A DNA stretch of 64,000 nucleotides from Terriglobia bacterium (GCA_963748015.1 CAVVHE010000004.1:1184001-1248000), one strand, 5' to 3'. Counted from the first letter of the stretch, positions 33,429-43,833 are shown. Notes: generated by a model from the letters alone, not told the origin. Translations and numbers: made by a program.

Positions 33429-34357
33429 AGCGCGCACGGCGCCCGGCCGTGGCGGTGATCGGCGCGGGACGCCTCGCGCGCGTCTTCCTTCCGCACCTCG
33501 CCGCCGCCGGTTACGGGGTGGTGGCCGTGGCTTCCCGCTCCGCGAAGGACGCGCGCCGGATCTGCCGCACCATCCCGGGGACCTGCGCCGCCGCATCGCC
33601 GGCGGAGGCGGTCTCGCGGGCCCGCATCGTCCTTCTCGCCGTGCCCGACCGGGAGATCGAGCCTCTCGCTCGCGAGCTCGCGAGGAGCGTTCCCCGCGGA
33701 TGGGGCGCCCGAACGGTGATCCACCACGCCGGCGCGCTCGGCCCCTCGGTCCTGGCGCCCCTCTCGCGCCGCGGAGCGGCGGTCGCGGTCCTGCATCCGC
33801 TGCAGGTGCTCGGCGGCTCGCGAGCCGCTCGGACGATTCTCGCGGGGAGCCGCGCGCGGATCGAGGGGGACGCGCGCGGCGTGCGCGCGGCCCGCCGGCT
33901 CGCTCTCGACCTCGGGCTCGTCCCCGTCCGCTTCCCGCGGCCGCTCGGCCCCGCGGGGCGCGCCGCATGGCACGCCGCCGCGTCGCTGGCGTCGAACGAC
34001 CTCGTCGCCCTGCTCTCGCTGGCGGCGGAGACGCTCGGGGCCACGGGCCTCGCACCGGACGAGGCCCTCTCCGTGCTCCTGCCGCTCGCTCGAGGCGCGC
34101 TGGCGAACCTCGAGGCCGGGGGAATCGAAGGCGCCCTGACCGGACCGGTCGCGCGGGGGGACGCCGCGACCGTCGCGTCCCAGCTGCGAACGCTCCGGGG
34201 CTCCTGTCCCGAGGCGCTCGACGCCCACCGGGCGCTCTCCCTCCGGCTCCTCCGCATCGCGGCGGCCGCGGGGCGGGTTTCGGCGGCCGAGAAGGCGGAG
34301 CTCCGACGCGTGCTGGCGGGACCGGCGCGTGGCCGGAGCAGGAGCCGCATCGTATAG
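33425..34357 (+). CDS. Rossmann-like/DUF2520 oxidoreductase (PanG-like)
   Basis: IGAGRLA, LAVPD, HHAGA, LHPLQ, HAAASLASN, ALTGPVARGD. Confidence 0.85.
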   Translation: MKRARRPAVAVIGAGRLARVFLPHLAAAGYGVVAVASRSAKDARRICRTIPGTCAAASPAEAVSRARIVLLAVPDREIEPLARELARSVPRGWGARTVIHHAGALGPSVLAPLSRRGAAVAVLHPLQVLGGSRAARTILAGSRARIEGDARGVRAARRLALDLGLVPVRFPRPLGPAGRAAWHAAASLASNDLVALLSLAAETLGATGLAPDEALSVLLPLARGALANLEAGGIEGALTGPVARGDAATVASQLRTLRGSCPEALDAHRALSLRLLRIAAAAGRVSAAEKAELRRVLAGPARGRSRSRIV

Positions 34358-34379
34358 TAGCTGCCTTGGAGGATGGACC

Positions 34380-34982
34380 ATGCCATTCCGAGTTCCCCCC
34401 GCGGCCCGCGTCCTGCTCTGGCTCGCCGTCGCCTGCGCGCTGCTCGGAGCCGCGCCGGCGGCTCTCGCCCAGGTCACGGTGCCCGACATCCCGCCGAGCG
34501 TGCTCGTCCCGGGCGAGACCGGAGCGGGGGTCTGGGAGGGGACCTACGTCTTCTCCTGCCGCGATTTCAGGATCGGGCTCTGGATCCGGAGCAAGAACGG
34601 CATCCCCGAGCTGAAGATGCGCTACCAATCGCTGCAGAGCCCCGAGACCTTCGAGACCGACTGGAACGGGAAGGCCTCGTACTACCTGAGCGGCCAGCCG
34701 GCGACGTTCGAGATCACCTACAAGAGCCGGGACGCGCAGCACATCGTGGGCGGCTGGCACTGGGTGGTGGAATCGGTCGCCCGCGGCCGCGTGGACGACG
34801 CGGAGTTCACGATCTTCCGCAGCGGCTACGGGCGCAGCGCCGTCTTCAAGTTCGACAAGATGGAGCAGCAGGTGCGCACGCAGGAGACGGTTCGCCGGCT
34901 CCCCACGGTGCCTCCCCCGACGTGGACCTTCGCGAAGGTGTCGAAGCGGGTGGACGTGCTCTGGGAGGAGCTCCCCTTCTGA
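34380..34982 (+). CDS. Hypothetical secreted protein
   Basis: GGAGG RBS, signal peptide ending ALA-Q, strong GC3 codon bias. Confidence 0.7.
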   Translation: MPFRVPPAARVLLWLAVACALLGAAPAALAQVTVPDIPPSVLVPGETGAGVWEGTYVFSCRDFRIGLWIRSKNGIPELKMRYQSLQSPETFETDWNGKASYYLSGQPATFEITYKSRDAQHIVGGWHWVVESVARGRVDDAEFTIFRSGYGRSAVFKFDKMEQQVRTQETVRRLPTVPPPTWTFAKVSKRVDVLWEELPF

Positions 34983-36412
34983 GACCGCGCCGGGCGATCC
35001 GCGCTCTCTTCCTTCTCGCGGTCGCGGCGCTGCTCTCCGTCCGCCCTCTTCACGCGACCGCGCCGGCCGGGCCCTCGCCTTTCAACTGGAGGGCCTTCAA
35101 GCTCTCGGGGCCGCCGTCCGACCCCGCCGTCCGCGATCACGTCGAGTTCTGCCTCGGACTGGGCTTCAATGCGATCTGGATCTACTCGTACGAGGCGGGC
35201 CGCTGGGACGAGAGGTTCGCTCCGGAAGGGCCCTTCCTCGACCCGGCGTTCCTCGAGCTCGCAACGCGGCTCCGCGAGCGCGGCGTGCGAATGCTCGTGT
35301 CCATCAACCCTCCCGCCGACAGCGGGGAGCGGTTCGTCTACCGCACGAGCGACGGCGAGCGGCGCATCCGCCGGTTCGTGAAGCTCCTGCGCCGCGCCGG
35401 AGTGCGGGACTTCGTCCTCTCCTTCGACGACCAGCTCCGCGTGCTGACGGACCTCGGCGACATCGTCCACTACGGCTTCGGCGCCGCCCCGGCGCACCTC
35501 GACCTCGCCCGCAGGCTCGCGCGCCACGTGGGACGGGACGGCCGCCTCTGGCTCTGCGCCGCGGCGTACAGCGACGCGCACCTCGGCGACCTCCGCGGCC
35601 CCTATGCCGCGCCGTTCCTCGCGGGCCTTCCGTCGCTCCCGCGCGAGGTGGGCATCGTCTGGACCGGAACCGAGCCGATCTCGCCGTCGATCGCCTCCGG
35701 CGCCTTGAGGAAGACGCGCGAGCGGCTTGGCGGACGGGACCTCCTGCTCTACGACAACTTCGCGGCGATAGAGGGAGGCGCGGACCCGATCGCGGCCTAC
35801 CTCGGCCCCCTCCGCGACCGCGACGCGCGGCTGGTCGGCGAGGTGGCGATCTACATGGCGTGCCCGCTTTCCGGACCCGGCGTTTCCCGGTTGTCGCTCC
35901 TCACCGTTGCCGACTGGCTCGGACGCCCGGCCTGGTACGACCCGGACGACAGTTGGCGCCGGGCGATCGCGCGCCTGTCCGGAGCCGACGCCGGCGCCGC
36001 CGACGCGCTTCGTGTCCAGACGCTCGAGTGGCGAGGATGGGACTCCGGCCGGCGCTTCCGCCCCTGGGACCCCGCGGACCCGAGCGAAGCCGCGGACACG
36101 CTCGACGACCCCGCTCTCTCGGCCGAGTGGAGCTGGACGGTCGCCAGGTATCCGGAGCGCATGGCCGCGCTATCCGGGCTCGCCGACGTCCCGTTCCGCG
36201 ACGCGCTTCTCGAGCTGATGGCGAGACGACTCGCGATCGCCCGCTCCGTGCCCCCCGTGATCGAGTATCGCGCCCGGAGGCGCGCCGGCCGCGCGGACCT
36301 CGAGCCCTTGCTCGACGAGATCCGACGTGTGCGCTCGGAGGTCGCCGGCAATCCATCGGTCCTGAGGGCTCTCGACCGCTTCCTCGGGTACGCCGAGGTC
36401 CCCGTGCCCTGA
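34979..36412 (+). CDS. GH84-like beta-N-acetylglucosaminidase domain protein (secreted); start uncertain
   Basis: Signal-like N-terminus; GVRDFVLSFDD catalytic DD, VWTG, LLYDNF, TVADW..P..YDP..SW motifs typical of GH84. Confidence 0.7.
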   Translation: MRPRRAIRALFLLAVAALLSVRPLHATAPAGPSPFNWRAFKLSGPPSDPAVRDHVEFCLGLGFNAIWIYSYEAGRWDERFAPEGPFLDPAFLELATRLRERGVRMLVSINPPADSGERFVYRTSDGERRIRRFVKLLRRAGVRDFVLSFDDQLRVLTDLGDIVHYGFGAAPAHLDLARRLARHVGRDGRLWLCAAAYSDAHLGDLRGPYAAPFLAGLPSLPREVGIVWTGTEPISPSIASGALRKTRERLGGRDLLLYDNFAAIEGGADPIAAYLGPLRDRDARLVGEVAIYMACPLSGPGVSRLSLLTVADWLGRPAWYDPDDSWRRAIARLSGADAGAADALRVQTLEWRGWDSGRRFRPWDPADPSEAADTLDDPALSAEWSWTVARYPERMAALSGLADVPFRDALLELMARRLAIARSVPPVIEYRARRRAGRADLEPLLDEIRRVRSEVAGNPSVLRALDRFLGYAEVPVP

Positions 36413-36505
36413 GGGACAGGCGCCCATCCGGGCGGCCAGGCCGGCCGAACACGGGTTACAATCGCCGCTCGCGCGCCGCTCCCGGCCGCGCGCAGGGAGA
36501 CACGC

Positions 36506-37837
36506 ATGACCGACGCGCTCGCGCTGCCGCCGGGATGGTTCCATCCCGCCCGGAAGCCCTTCCGCTTCACCGTGCTCGCGTTCGCGAGCCTCATGGTCTT
36601 CGGGAGCTACTTCGCCTACGACAGCCTCGGGGCCATCGAGAGCCTTCTGATGAAGGCCTGGGGGGTGGACCGCGGCGCGATCGGGGCGACGTACACGATG
36701 TACAGCCTCGCCGCGATCCCGACCGTATTCATCGGCGGAATGCTCATCGACCGCCTGGGGACCCGCCGCGCGAGCCTGCTGTTCTCCGGGCTCGTCACCC
36801 TGGGCGCCGTGATCGTCGCGGTCGCGCCGAGCCTCTCGGTCCTCTACCTCGGGCGGCTGGTGTTCGGAATGGGCTCCGAGTCGCTCGTCGTGGCCCAGAG
36901 CGCCATCCTCGCCCGCTGGTTCACCGGCAAGGAGCTTGCGCTGTCGTTCGGCATCACGCTGACGGTCAGCCGGCTCGGCACGCTCTTCACCTTCAACACC
37001 GAGGCGCTGCTCGCCGAGCGCTTCGGGGTCTCCGCCGCGCTCGGGACCGCCGCCGCCCTCTGCGGCCTGAGCCTGCTCGCCAACCTCGTGTACAACATGA
37101 TGGACCGGCACGCGGAGCCGGCGATCGGGCTCAAGGAGGCGGGAGCGGGCGAGAAGATCGTCTTCGCCGACATCAAGCGGTTCCGCCCGTCGTTCTGGTT
37201 CGTGACGCTGCTCTGCGTCACCTTCTATTCGGCCATCTTCCCGTTCACCGCGCTGTCCACCGACATGTTCCACGAGAAGTGGGGGCTGCCGCTCACCGCG
37301 GGGGGCGAGGGCGGCGGTTTCCTCTCGTCGATCTTCTCGAACTACCTGCACATGTTCTCGACCGCGGGAGGGACCACCTCGATCATCATCTTCGCCTCGA
37401 TGGTGTTCGCGCCCTTCGCCGGGAGCTTCGTGGACCGGATCGGACGGCGGGCCTCCCTGATGGTCCTCGGGTCGCTCCTGATGATCCCCTGCCACCTCAT
37501 GCTCGGGCTCACGCACGTGACGCCGGCTCTCCCGATGATCGCGCTCGGCGCCGCCTTCGTGCTCGTCCCCGCGGCGATGTGGCCCTCGGTGCCGCTGGTC
37601 GTCGAGAAGGACCGCGTCGGGACCGCTTACGGGCTGATGACCGCGGTCCAGAACATCGGGCTCATGGCGTTCCCCTACATCAACGGGCAGCTGCGGGACG
37701 CTACCCACGGCTACACCGCGAGCCAGGTCACCTTCGCGGCGCTCGGGGCCGTCGGCTTCGTCTTCGCGATCCTGCTCTTGCGGGCCGACCGGCGCGCCGG
37801 GGGCGTGCTCGAGCGAGGGCACGCTCCGGCGCCCTGA
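36506..37837 (+). CDS. MFS transporter (MFSD1-like)
   Basis: About 12 TM; GGMLIDRLG, GRLVFGMGSES, GSFVDRIGRR, GTAYG. Confidence 0.9.
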   Translation: MTDALALPPGWFHPARKPFRFTVLAFASLMVFGSYFAYDSLGAIESLLMKAWGVDRGAIGATYTMYSLAAIPTVFIGGMLIDRLGTRRASLLFSGLVTLGAVIVAVAPSLSVLYLGRLVFGMGSESLVVAQSAILARWFTGKELALSFGITLTVSRLGTLFTFNTEALLAERFGVSAALGTAAALCGLSLLANLVYNMMDRHAEPAIGLKEAGAGEKIVFADIKRFRPSFWFVTLLCVTFYSAIFPFTALSTDMFHEKWGLPLTAGGEGGGFLSSIFSNYLHMFSTAGGTTSIIIFASMVFAPFAGSFVDRIGRRASLMVLGSLLMIPCHLMLGLTHVTPALPMIALGAAFVLVPAAMWPSVPLVVEKDRVGTAYGLMTAVQNIGLMAFPYINGQLRDATHGYTASQVTFAALGAVGFVFAILLLRADRRAGGVLERGHAPAP

Positions 37838-37851
37838 CGCGGGAGGTTTCC

Positions 37852-38264
37852 ATGGCCGTCAAGATCGAAGCCGTCTACGAGGGCGACCTGCACTGCAACG
37901 CGGTCCACGGGCCGTCGGGCGACCGGCTGAGCACCGACGCCCCCGTCGACAACCAGGGGAAGGGAGAGCGATTCTCCCCCACGGACATGGTCGCGGTCGC
38001 CCTCGGCACCTGCATCCTCACCACGATGGGGATCGCGGCGCGGAACCGCGGCCTCGACATCCGCGGGGCCCGCGCCGAGGTGCTGAAGGAGATGTCCTCG
38101 GTGCCCCGGCGGCACATCGGCAAGCTGACCGTGCGGATCGAGCTTCCCGGCCCACCTCGGACGAGAGGGCCCGGAGGATCATGACCGTCGCCGCGGAGGA
38201 GTGCCCGGTGGCGGCGTCGCTCGGCCCGACGACCGAGATCGAGACCACGATCGTCTATGTTTGA
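37852..38264 (+). CDS. OsmC family protein, frameshifted near 38143-38161
   Basis: HGPSG..LSTDAP.DNQGKG..FSPTD...ALGTC; C-terminal EECPVAASL in another frame; removing one C and one G gives ELPAHLDERARRIM. Confidence 0.85.
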
Positions 38265-38268
38265 AGGA

Positions 38269-38346
38269 TGGTGTCCCCAACGGGATTCGAACCCGTGTCG
38301 CCACCTTGAAAGGGTGGTGTCCTAGGCCAGACTAGACGATGGGGAC
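38269..38346 (-). tRNA. tRNA-Glu (TTC)
   Basis: GTCCCCATCGTCTAG...CTTTCAA loop...GGTTCGAATCCC...ACCA. Confidence 0.98.
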
Positions 38347-38361
38347 CAATTCGAGAGGCGA

Positions 38362-40563
38362 TTGAAAAGTCTAGCGGAAACCGAGAAGCGAGGCAACCGC
38401 CGGCCCGTCGCGGGAGGCGAATCGGCACGCCCGCGCCGGCTGCCGTTCGCCGCCGGCCTCGCCGCGGTCGGTCTCGCGGGGTTCGCCGTTCGCGCGTCTC
38501 ACGCGCTCTCCGTGCTCGCGTCTCCCGCCGGCGAGACCCTCGTCCAGGACGCCGCGTTCTACCACCGCGAAGCCCTGCGCATCGTCGGCGCGATCGCGGC
38601 CCCGGGGCCGGGCGGCCCGAGCTTCATGAACGTCGGCCTCCCCTACGCGCTCGCGGCCGTCTACTCCATCGCCGGCCCCAGCGTGCGCGCGGCTCTCCTC
38701 GTGCAGGCGGTCCTGGGTTCGCTCGCCGCCGTACTGCTGGCGCTGGCCGTCGAGCGCATGGTCGGGAGCCGCCGGGTCGCGCTCGCCGCGGGGTTGCTGT
38801 GGGCGATCTACGCGCAATCGGTGTTCTACGACGGCCTGCTCCTGACGCCGTCCCTTACGAACGACTGTCTCGCCGTGGCGCTCCTCCTCGTAGCACTCCT
38901 CCGGCGCGGCGGCACTCCCCTTCTCGCGGCCGCGGCCGGGCTGGCGGTCGGCCTGGCGTCGGCCCTGCGGGCGAACCTGCTGCTCCTGGTGCCCGTCGTC
39001 GCCCTGCTGCTTCTCTTCGTTCCGGCCGTGGCCCCGCGCGCCGGCGATCGTCGCGCCCGGCGTCTCGCCGCCCTTCTCTTCGTGGCGGGCGCCGCCGTGG
39101 TGCCCCTGCCGATCGTCCTGATCAACGGCGCGACGCACGGCGAGTGGGTGCCGGTCTCGGCGAACGGCGGGATGAACTTCTGGGTCGGGAACAACCAGGA
39201 GGCGCAGGGGATCTACTACACCGCTCCCTTCCTCCCCGGCGTCAATCCCGACGGCGAGATGCGAAGCTACCTGGACGAGGCCCGGCGCCGCACCGGCAAC
39301 CCGTCGCTCACCCTCGCCGGGTCCAGCTCGTTCTGGCTGCGCGAGGGACTGCGCGACGTCGGCGCCCACTTCGCGCGCTGGCTCCGGATCGAGGGGCGGA
39401 AGTTCGTCCTCTTCTGGAACGCCTTCGAGGTGAACACCAACGTCGGGTTCGCGTTCGTCCGCGGCGTCTCGCCGGTCCTCGCTTCTCTGCCGATCGGATT
39501 CGGCGCGCTCGCGATCTTCGGGGTGGCCGGAATCGCGCTCCTGTTCCTGACCCGCCGTCACGACGCGGCGTGGCTGTCCGCCGCGCTGGTCCTGGTGCCG
39601 CTCGCGACCGTCCTGCTGTTCTTCGTCTCGGGCGAGTACCGGCACCCGGCGAGTCTCGGCCTCGCCATCGGCGCGGCGGTCGCCGTGGACGCGATCTGGA
39701 CCTTCGCCGAGGGGCGCCTCGCGGGGCGCCGGGCGGGCGGGGCGCGGCCGCGGCAACGCGGGCCGGCGTCCCGCGCCGGCTGGGCGCTCGCTGCGGGCGC
39801 CGCGATCGTGCCGATGGCGGCCTGGGACTTCCCGCAGCTCCGCCTCGGCTGCCATCCCCGCTACGACTACGAGAACTACGCCCGCGAGATGGTGGCGCCG
39901 CGTCCGGACGGCTCCCTTCCCGGCCGCGATGCGTTCGAACGGGCGGAGAGACTCCTCGACCTCGCCCCCGACTCGGACAGCGATCTCGTGCTGCTTCAGG
40001 CCCGTCTCGATCTGCACTCCCTCGGGGCCCGTATCCTCGGGGACCACGGCGAGGCCCGCCGGGCCGTGGACGCCGCCGGCGCGCTCGCCTCGCACGATCT
40101 CGCGGCCGGCCAGGGCGAGTACGCCGATGCGTTTCTCGCTCGCGTCCTGCGCGACATCCCGGGCAAGCTCGACGACCTCGCTCGCCTCGACGTCGTGCGG
40201 GGCGATCCCGCGCTCGGACGGGAGCTTTCGCTGCTCGGCGCGGGACGATGGTCGGAGATCGAGGAGATGGTGCGCCGATCGGACGTCGGCGGAGCCCTGC
40301 TGTTCGCGCGCGAGGCGCTCAAACGGACCCCTTTCGACCCGGACCTCCAGGCCGAGATGGGCCGGCTGCTCCTCCTGTCCGGAAGGGAGAGCGAGGGACT
40401 GGCGTGGCTCGAGCGCAGCTGCAGCGGCTGGGTCGAGACGCCGCGCTGCGCGGAGTACGCCGCGAACTACCTCGCCTCGCGGGGGCGATCCGCCGAGGCC
40501 CGGGAGGCCGCCCTCGAGGCGAGAAGGCGCCGCGAGGCCCACGGAGGGAAACGTGACCGTTGA
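38362..40563 (+). CDS. GT-C (ArnT/PMT-like) membrane glycosyltransferase with C-terminal TPR-like helices; start uncertain
   Basis: DAAFYH after TM1, many TMs, LRAN, NGGMNFWVGNN, FFVSGEYR; helical C-terminus. Confidence 0.75.
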   Translation: MKSLAETEKRGNRRPVAGGESARPRRLPFAAGLAAVGLAGFAVRASHALSVLASPAGETLVQDAAFYHREALRIVGAIAAPGPGGPSFMNVGLPYALAAVYSIAGPSVRAALLVQAVLGSLAAVLLALAVERMVGSRRVALAAGLLWAIYAQSVFYDGLLLTPSLTNDCLAVALLLVALLRRGGTPLLAAAAGLAVGLASALRANLLLLVPVVALLLLFVPAVAPRAGDRRARRLAALLFVAGAAVVPLPIVLINGATHGEWVPVSANGGMNFWVGNNQEAQGIYYTAPFLPGVNPDGEMRSYLDEARRRTGNPSLTLAGSSSFWLREGLRDVGAHFARWLRIEGRKFVLFWNAFEVNTNVGFAFVRGVSPVLASLPIGFGALAIFGVAGIALLFLTRRHDAAWLSAALVLVPLATVLLFFVSGEYRHPASLGLAIGAAVAVDAIWTFAEGRLAGRRAGGARPRQRGPASRAGWALAAGAAIVPMAAWDFPQLRLGCHPRYDYENYAREMVAPRPDGSLPGRDAFERAERLLDLAPDSDSDLVLLQARLDLHSLGARILGDHGEARRAVDAAGALASHDLAAGQGEYADAFLARVLRDIPGKLDDLARLDVVRGDPALGRELSLLGAGRWSEIEEMVRRSDVGGALLFAREALKRTPFDPDLQAEMGRLLLLSGRESEGLAWLERSCSGWVETPRCAEYAANYLASRGRSAEAREAALEARRRREAHGGKRDR
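38368..38396 (-). promoter_or_regulatory. Putative sigma70 promoter of tRNA-Glu
   Basis: TTGCCT-17 bp-TAGACT. Confidence 0.6.
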
Positions 40564-42064
40564 GACCGGAACGAGGCCAGGCGTGCGCGCTCGAGGACCG
40601 CGGCGCGCGGCCCGCGCCGCGGTCCTCGCCGTCGCGCTGTCCGCGTTCCTGATGCGCTGCTCGTCCGGCGGATCCCCTCCTCCCGCTCCGGCGCCGACAT
40701 GGGAAGCATCCATGGACGCCGCCGAGAAGGCCCACGCCGCGGGGCGGTTCGCCGAGGCGGAGAAAGCCTACGCCGCGGCGCTGCTCGAGGCCGAGCGCTT
40801 CGGACCGGAGGACCCGCGTCTCGCGAGGGCGCAGAGCGACATGGCCGTCCTGGCGGCCGACCTCGGACGGTACGCGGACTCGGAGCGGCTCCAGCGGCGC
40901 GCCCTGGCGATCCGGGAGAAGATCCTCGCTCCCGACGATCCCGCCGTCGCGGTCAGCCTCAACAATCTCGCCGACACGTTCCGCGCGCGCGGCAGGTACA
41001 AGGAGGCCGTTCCCGTCTACCAGCGCGCCCTCTCGATCCGGGAGAAGGCGCTCGGGCCCGAGAATCCCGAAATCGTCCCCGTCCTCGACAACCTCGCCGA
41101 GAGCTATCGCGCGCTCGGCGACCTCGGCTCCGCGGAAGCGCTGCTGATGCGGGCGGTGAAGATCGGCGAGAACGCGCGGGGGCCGGACCACCCGGACGTG
41201 GCGACGAGCCTGAACCTGCTGGCCGAGACCTACCGGACCGCGGGACGCGTCGCGGAGGCCGAGGCGCTCTACCGCCGCGCGATCGCGATCCGCGAGAAGG
41301 CGCTCGGGCCCGACCGTCCCGAGGTCGCGACCGTCCTCAACAACCTCGGGCTGCTCCTGATCGAGCAGGGGCGGCTGCGGGAGGCGAAGCCGCTTCTCGA
41401 GCGCGCCGTGGCGATCGGCGAGCGCGCGCTGGGCCCCGAGCACGCCGCGATCGCGTCGAGCCTCAACAACCTCGGCGCGGTCTATGGCGGGCTCGACCGG
41501 CCGGCCGAGGCCGAGACCCTCTACCGGCGCGCCCTGGCGATCGCGGAGAAGACCCACGGCCCGGACCATCCCGACCTGGCCGCGGGGCTCACGAACCTCG
41601 CCGGCGCGCTCGGCAGCCAGGGGAGGTTCGCGGAGGCGGAGCCTCTCTGCACCCGCGCGCTGGCCATCCTGGAGACTAGCCTCGGCCCCGACCACCCCAG
41701 GGTGGCGGCGTCCCTGAGCAACCTCGCGCAGATCCGCGAGGCGCTGGACAGGCCGGACCAGGCGGAGCCGCTGCTGAGGCGGGCTCTCGAGATCGGGGAG
41801 AAGGCTCACGGCCCCGAGGATCCCAGCCTGGCCGGCCCGCTCCTCGATCTGGCCGAGGTCCGGGCGATCCGCGGCGACGCCGCGGAGGCCGAGCGCCTCT
41901 TGAACCGCGCGCTCTCGAACGCGGGGCGTCCTCCGGGGGTCAGCCGCGGCACGCTGGCGGCCATCGTGGACACCTACGCGCAGCTCCTCCAGGACACCGG
42001 TCGCGCCGGGGAGGCCGCGAGGCTGCGCGCCCGCTTCGCGCCGATGCTAGAGGGGCCGCGTTGA
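40553..42064 (+). CDS. Tetratricopeptide repeat protein (42-aa kinesin-light-chain type), exported
   Basis: About 9 repeats of HPxVAxxLNNLAxxYxxxGRxxEAExLYxRALxIxEKxLGP; N-terminal hydrophobic segment followed by Cys. Confidence 0.9.
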   Translation: MTVETGTRPGVRARGPRRAARAAVLAVALSAFLMRCSSGGSPPPAPAPTWEASMDAAEKAHAAGRFAEAEKAYAAALLEAERFGPEDPRLARAQSDMAVLAADLGRYADSERLQRRALAIREKILAPDDPAVAVSLNNLADTFRARGRYKEAVPVYQRALSIREKALGPENPEIVPVLDNLAESYRALGDLGSAEALLMRAVKIGENARGPDHPDVATSLNLLAETYRTAGRVAEAEALYRRAIAIREKALGPDRPEVATVLNNLGLLLIEQGRLREAKPLLERAVAIGERALGPEHAAIASSLNNLGAVYGGLDRPAEAETLYRRALAIAEKTHGPDHPDLAAGLTNLAGALGSQGRFAEAEPLCTRALAILETSLGPDHPRVAASLSNLAQIREALDRPDQAEPLLRRALEIGEKAHGPEDPSLAGPLLDLAEVRAIRGDAAEAERLLNRALSNAGRPPGVSRGTLAAIVDTYAQLLQDTGRAGEAARLRARFAPMLEGPR

Positions 42065-43746
42065 GCGAACGGGCCGCCTTGCCCGGCGACGCCGCCGGGC
42101 GCCGGTCGCGGGGACTCCTGCTTGCGATCCTCGTGGTCGCAGCCGCCGCGAGGCTCGCGCGGCCGGGCCACTCCCCTCCCGGCCTGCACGTGGACGCCGC
42201 GGCCAACGCGTGGAACGCGCAGTGCCTGCTCGAGACGGGGCGCGACTGGCACGGGAAGCCCTGGCCGGTCTTCTACAGCAAGGGGTTCGGCGAGAACCAG
42301 AGCACGCTGTACTACTACGCGCTGATGCCGTTCCAGGCCGTCCTCGGGATGTCGGCGGCGACGAGCTGCCTCCCGTCGGCGATCGCCGGGATCCTGTCGG
42401 TGCTGCTCATGTACGCGGTCGGGACGAGGCTCTTCGGCCGTCGCGTCGGCCTGCTCGCGGCGGCGCTCCTGGCGCTCGCGCCGTGGCACCTGCTGCTCGG
42501 CCGCTGGGGGCACGAGTCGGGGCTCGTCCCCCTCCTGACGCTGCTGCCGCTCTGGACGATGCTGCGCGCGGGGCTTCCCGTCGGCGGCGACGGCCGGGAG
42601 GTGCCGCGCGTCGTTCCTTCCCTGGCCGCCGGCCTGCTTCTCGGACTCTGCTGCTACGGCTATTACGCGATGCGCCTGTTCCTGCCGGCGCTACTCGTCG
42701 CCCTCGTCGCGGTGAACTGGCGCGGCTGGCGCGCGGCGGTGACGGACCGGGCCGGCCGCCGCGCCGTCCTCGCCTTCGGTCTCGGGCTCGCGGTCACGCT
42801 GGGGCCGCTCCTCTACCGGCACGTCGTGGATCCCGAGATCGCGAAGCGGGGCCGGGAGTTCCTGCTCTGGAGCGCGTCCGATCCCCTCTGGACGAGAGCG
42901 GGCAAGGTCGCCGCGAGGTATGCCGGGCATTTCGGCACCGACTTCCTGTTCTCCCGGGGGGACGTCTGGCCGCTGCACGCGCTGCCGGGATCCGGGCCGC
43001 TGCCCTGGTACGCGCTGCCCCTGCTCGTGCTCGGACTCGCGGCGGCGGCGCGCGAGGCGCGGGTCTCCTCCGCGGCCCGCCTGGTGATCGCGTGGACCGC
43101 GCTGTACCCGGTCGCGGACGCGCTGACCCGCCACCCGAGCCTTCACCTCCTGCGCAGCGCGCCGGGACTGGTCGGGCTCGCGCTCGTCGCGGCGGTCGGC
43201 GCGGACCGGACGTGGACCTTCCTCGCGAGCCGGAGCCGGCCGCTCGCGACGGCGGCGGCCGTCCTGCTCGCGCTGGCGGTCGCCGCGAGCGCGGGGCGAT
43301 TCGCGTACTCGTTCTTCGGCGACTACGACGCGAGGCGCGACGTCCGGCACTACTTCAACGCCGATCTCCTCGAGGCGAGCGCCTGGCTTCGCGCGCGGCT
43401 TCCCGAGGCGGACGCGGTGTTCGTCTCGTGCCGGGACTCGGCCGCGCTGAGCCAGCCGTTCGTCGTCGCGCTGGTCGGCCTCGGTTACGAGCCCGAGCAG
43501 TGGTTCAGCGATGCCAAGGACGTCACGCAGCGGCCCGATACCGACATCTACAGGCGCTTCGGCAAGGTCCGCTTCCTGTTCGACGAGTCGGACCTGCGCG
43601 CCGTGCGCGACCTCGAGAGCAACGGCCGTCCCGACCGCGCGATCTTCGTCCTGCGGCCGGGCGAGAGCGCGAAAGGCCGCCCGGTCCACGAGATTCGCTA
43701 CCCCGACGGGAGCATGGCGTTCCTGATCTACGAGGAGATCCTCTGA
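42061..43746 (+). CDS. GT-C (ArnT/GT39-like) membrane glycosyltransferase
   Basis: PPGLHVDAA.NAWNA, TGRD.HG..WP, PWHLLLGR.G.E, YGYYA.R, FLFSRGD. Confidence 0.8.
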   Translation: MSERAALPGDAAGRRSRGLLLAILVVAAAARLARPGHSPPGLHVDAAANAWNAQCLLETGRDWHGKPWPVFYSKGFGENQSTLYYYALMPFQAVLGMSAATSCLPSAIAGILSVLLMYAVGTRLFGRRVGLLAAALLALAPWHLLLGRWGHESGLVPLLTLLPLWTMLRAGLPVGGDGREVPRVVPSLAAGLLLGLCCYGYYAMRLFLPALLVALVAVNWRGWRAAVTDRAGRRAVLAFGLGLAVTLGPLLYRHVVDPEIAKRGREFLLWSASDPLWTRAGKVAARYAGHFGTDFLFSRGDVWPLHALPGSGPLPWYALPLLVLGLAAAAREARVSSAARLVIAWTALYPVADALTRHPSLHLLRSAPGLVGLALVAAVGADRTWTFLASRSRPLATAAAVLLALAVAASAGRFAYSFFGDYDARRDVRHYFNADLLEASAWLRARLPEADAVFVSCRDSAALSQPFVVALVGLGYEPEQWFSDAKDVTQRPDTDIYRRFGKVRFLFDESDLRAVRDLESNGRPDRAIFVLRPGESAKGRPVHEIRYPDGSMAFLIYEEIL

Positions 43747-43833
43747 CGCGCGCCGGAAACGGTCCGCGGGGCGGCGAAGGGGTAAACCGCTCCCGCACGA
43801 CCGCGACCTGACGGCTGGAACTCCTCGCCGAAT

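Noticed and set aside
40800..41940. 126-bp periodic repeat array
   Set aside because: Explained by 42-aa TPR coding repeats
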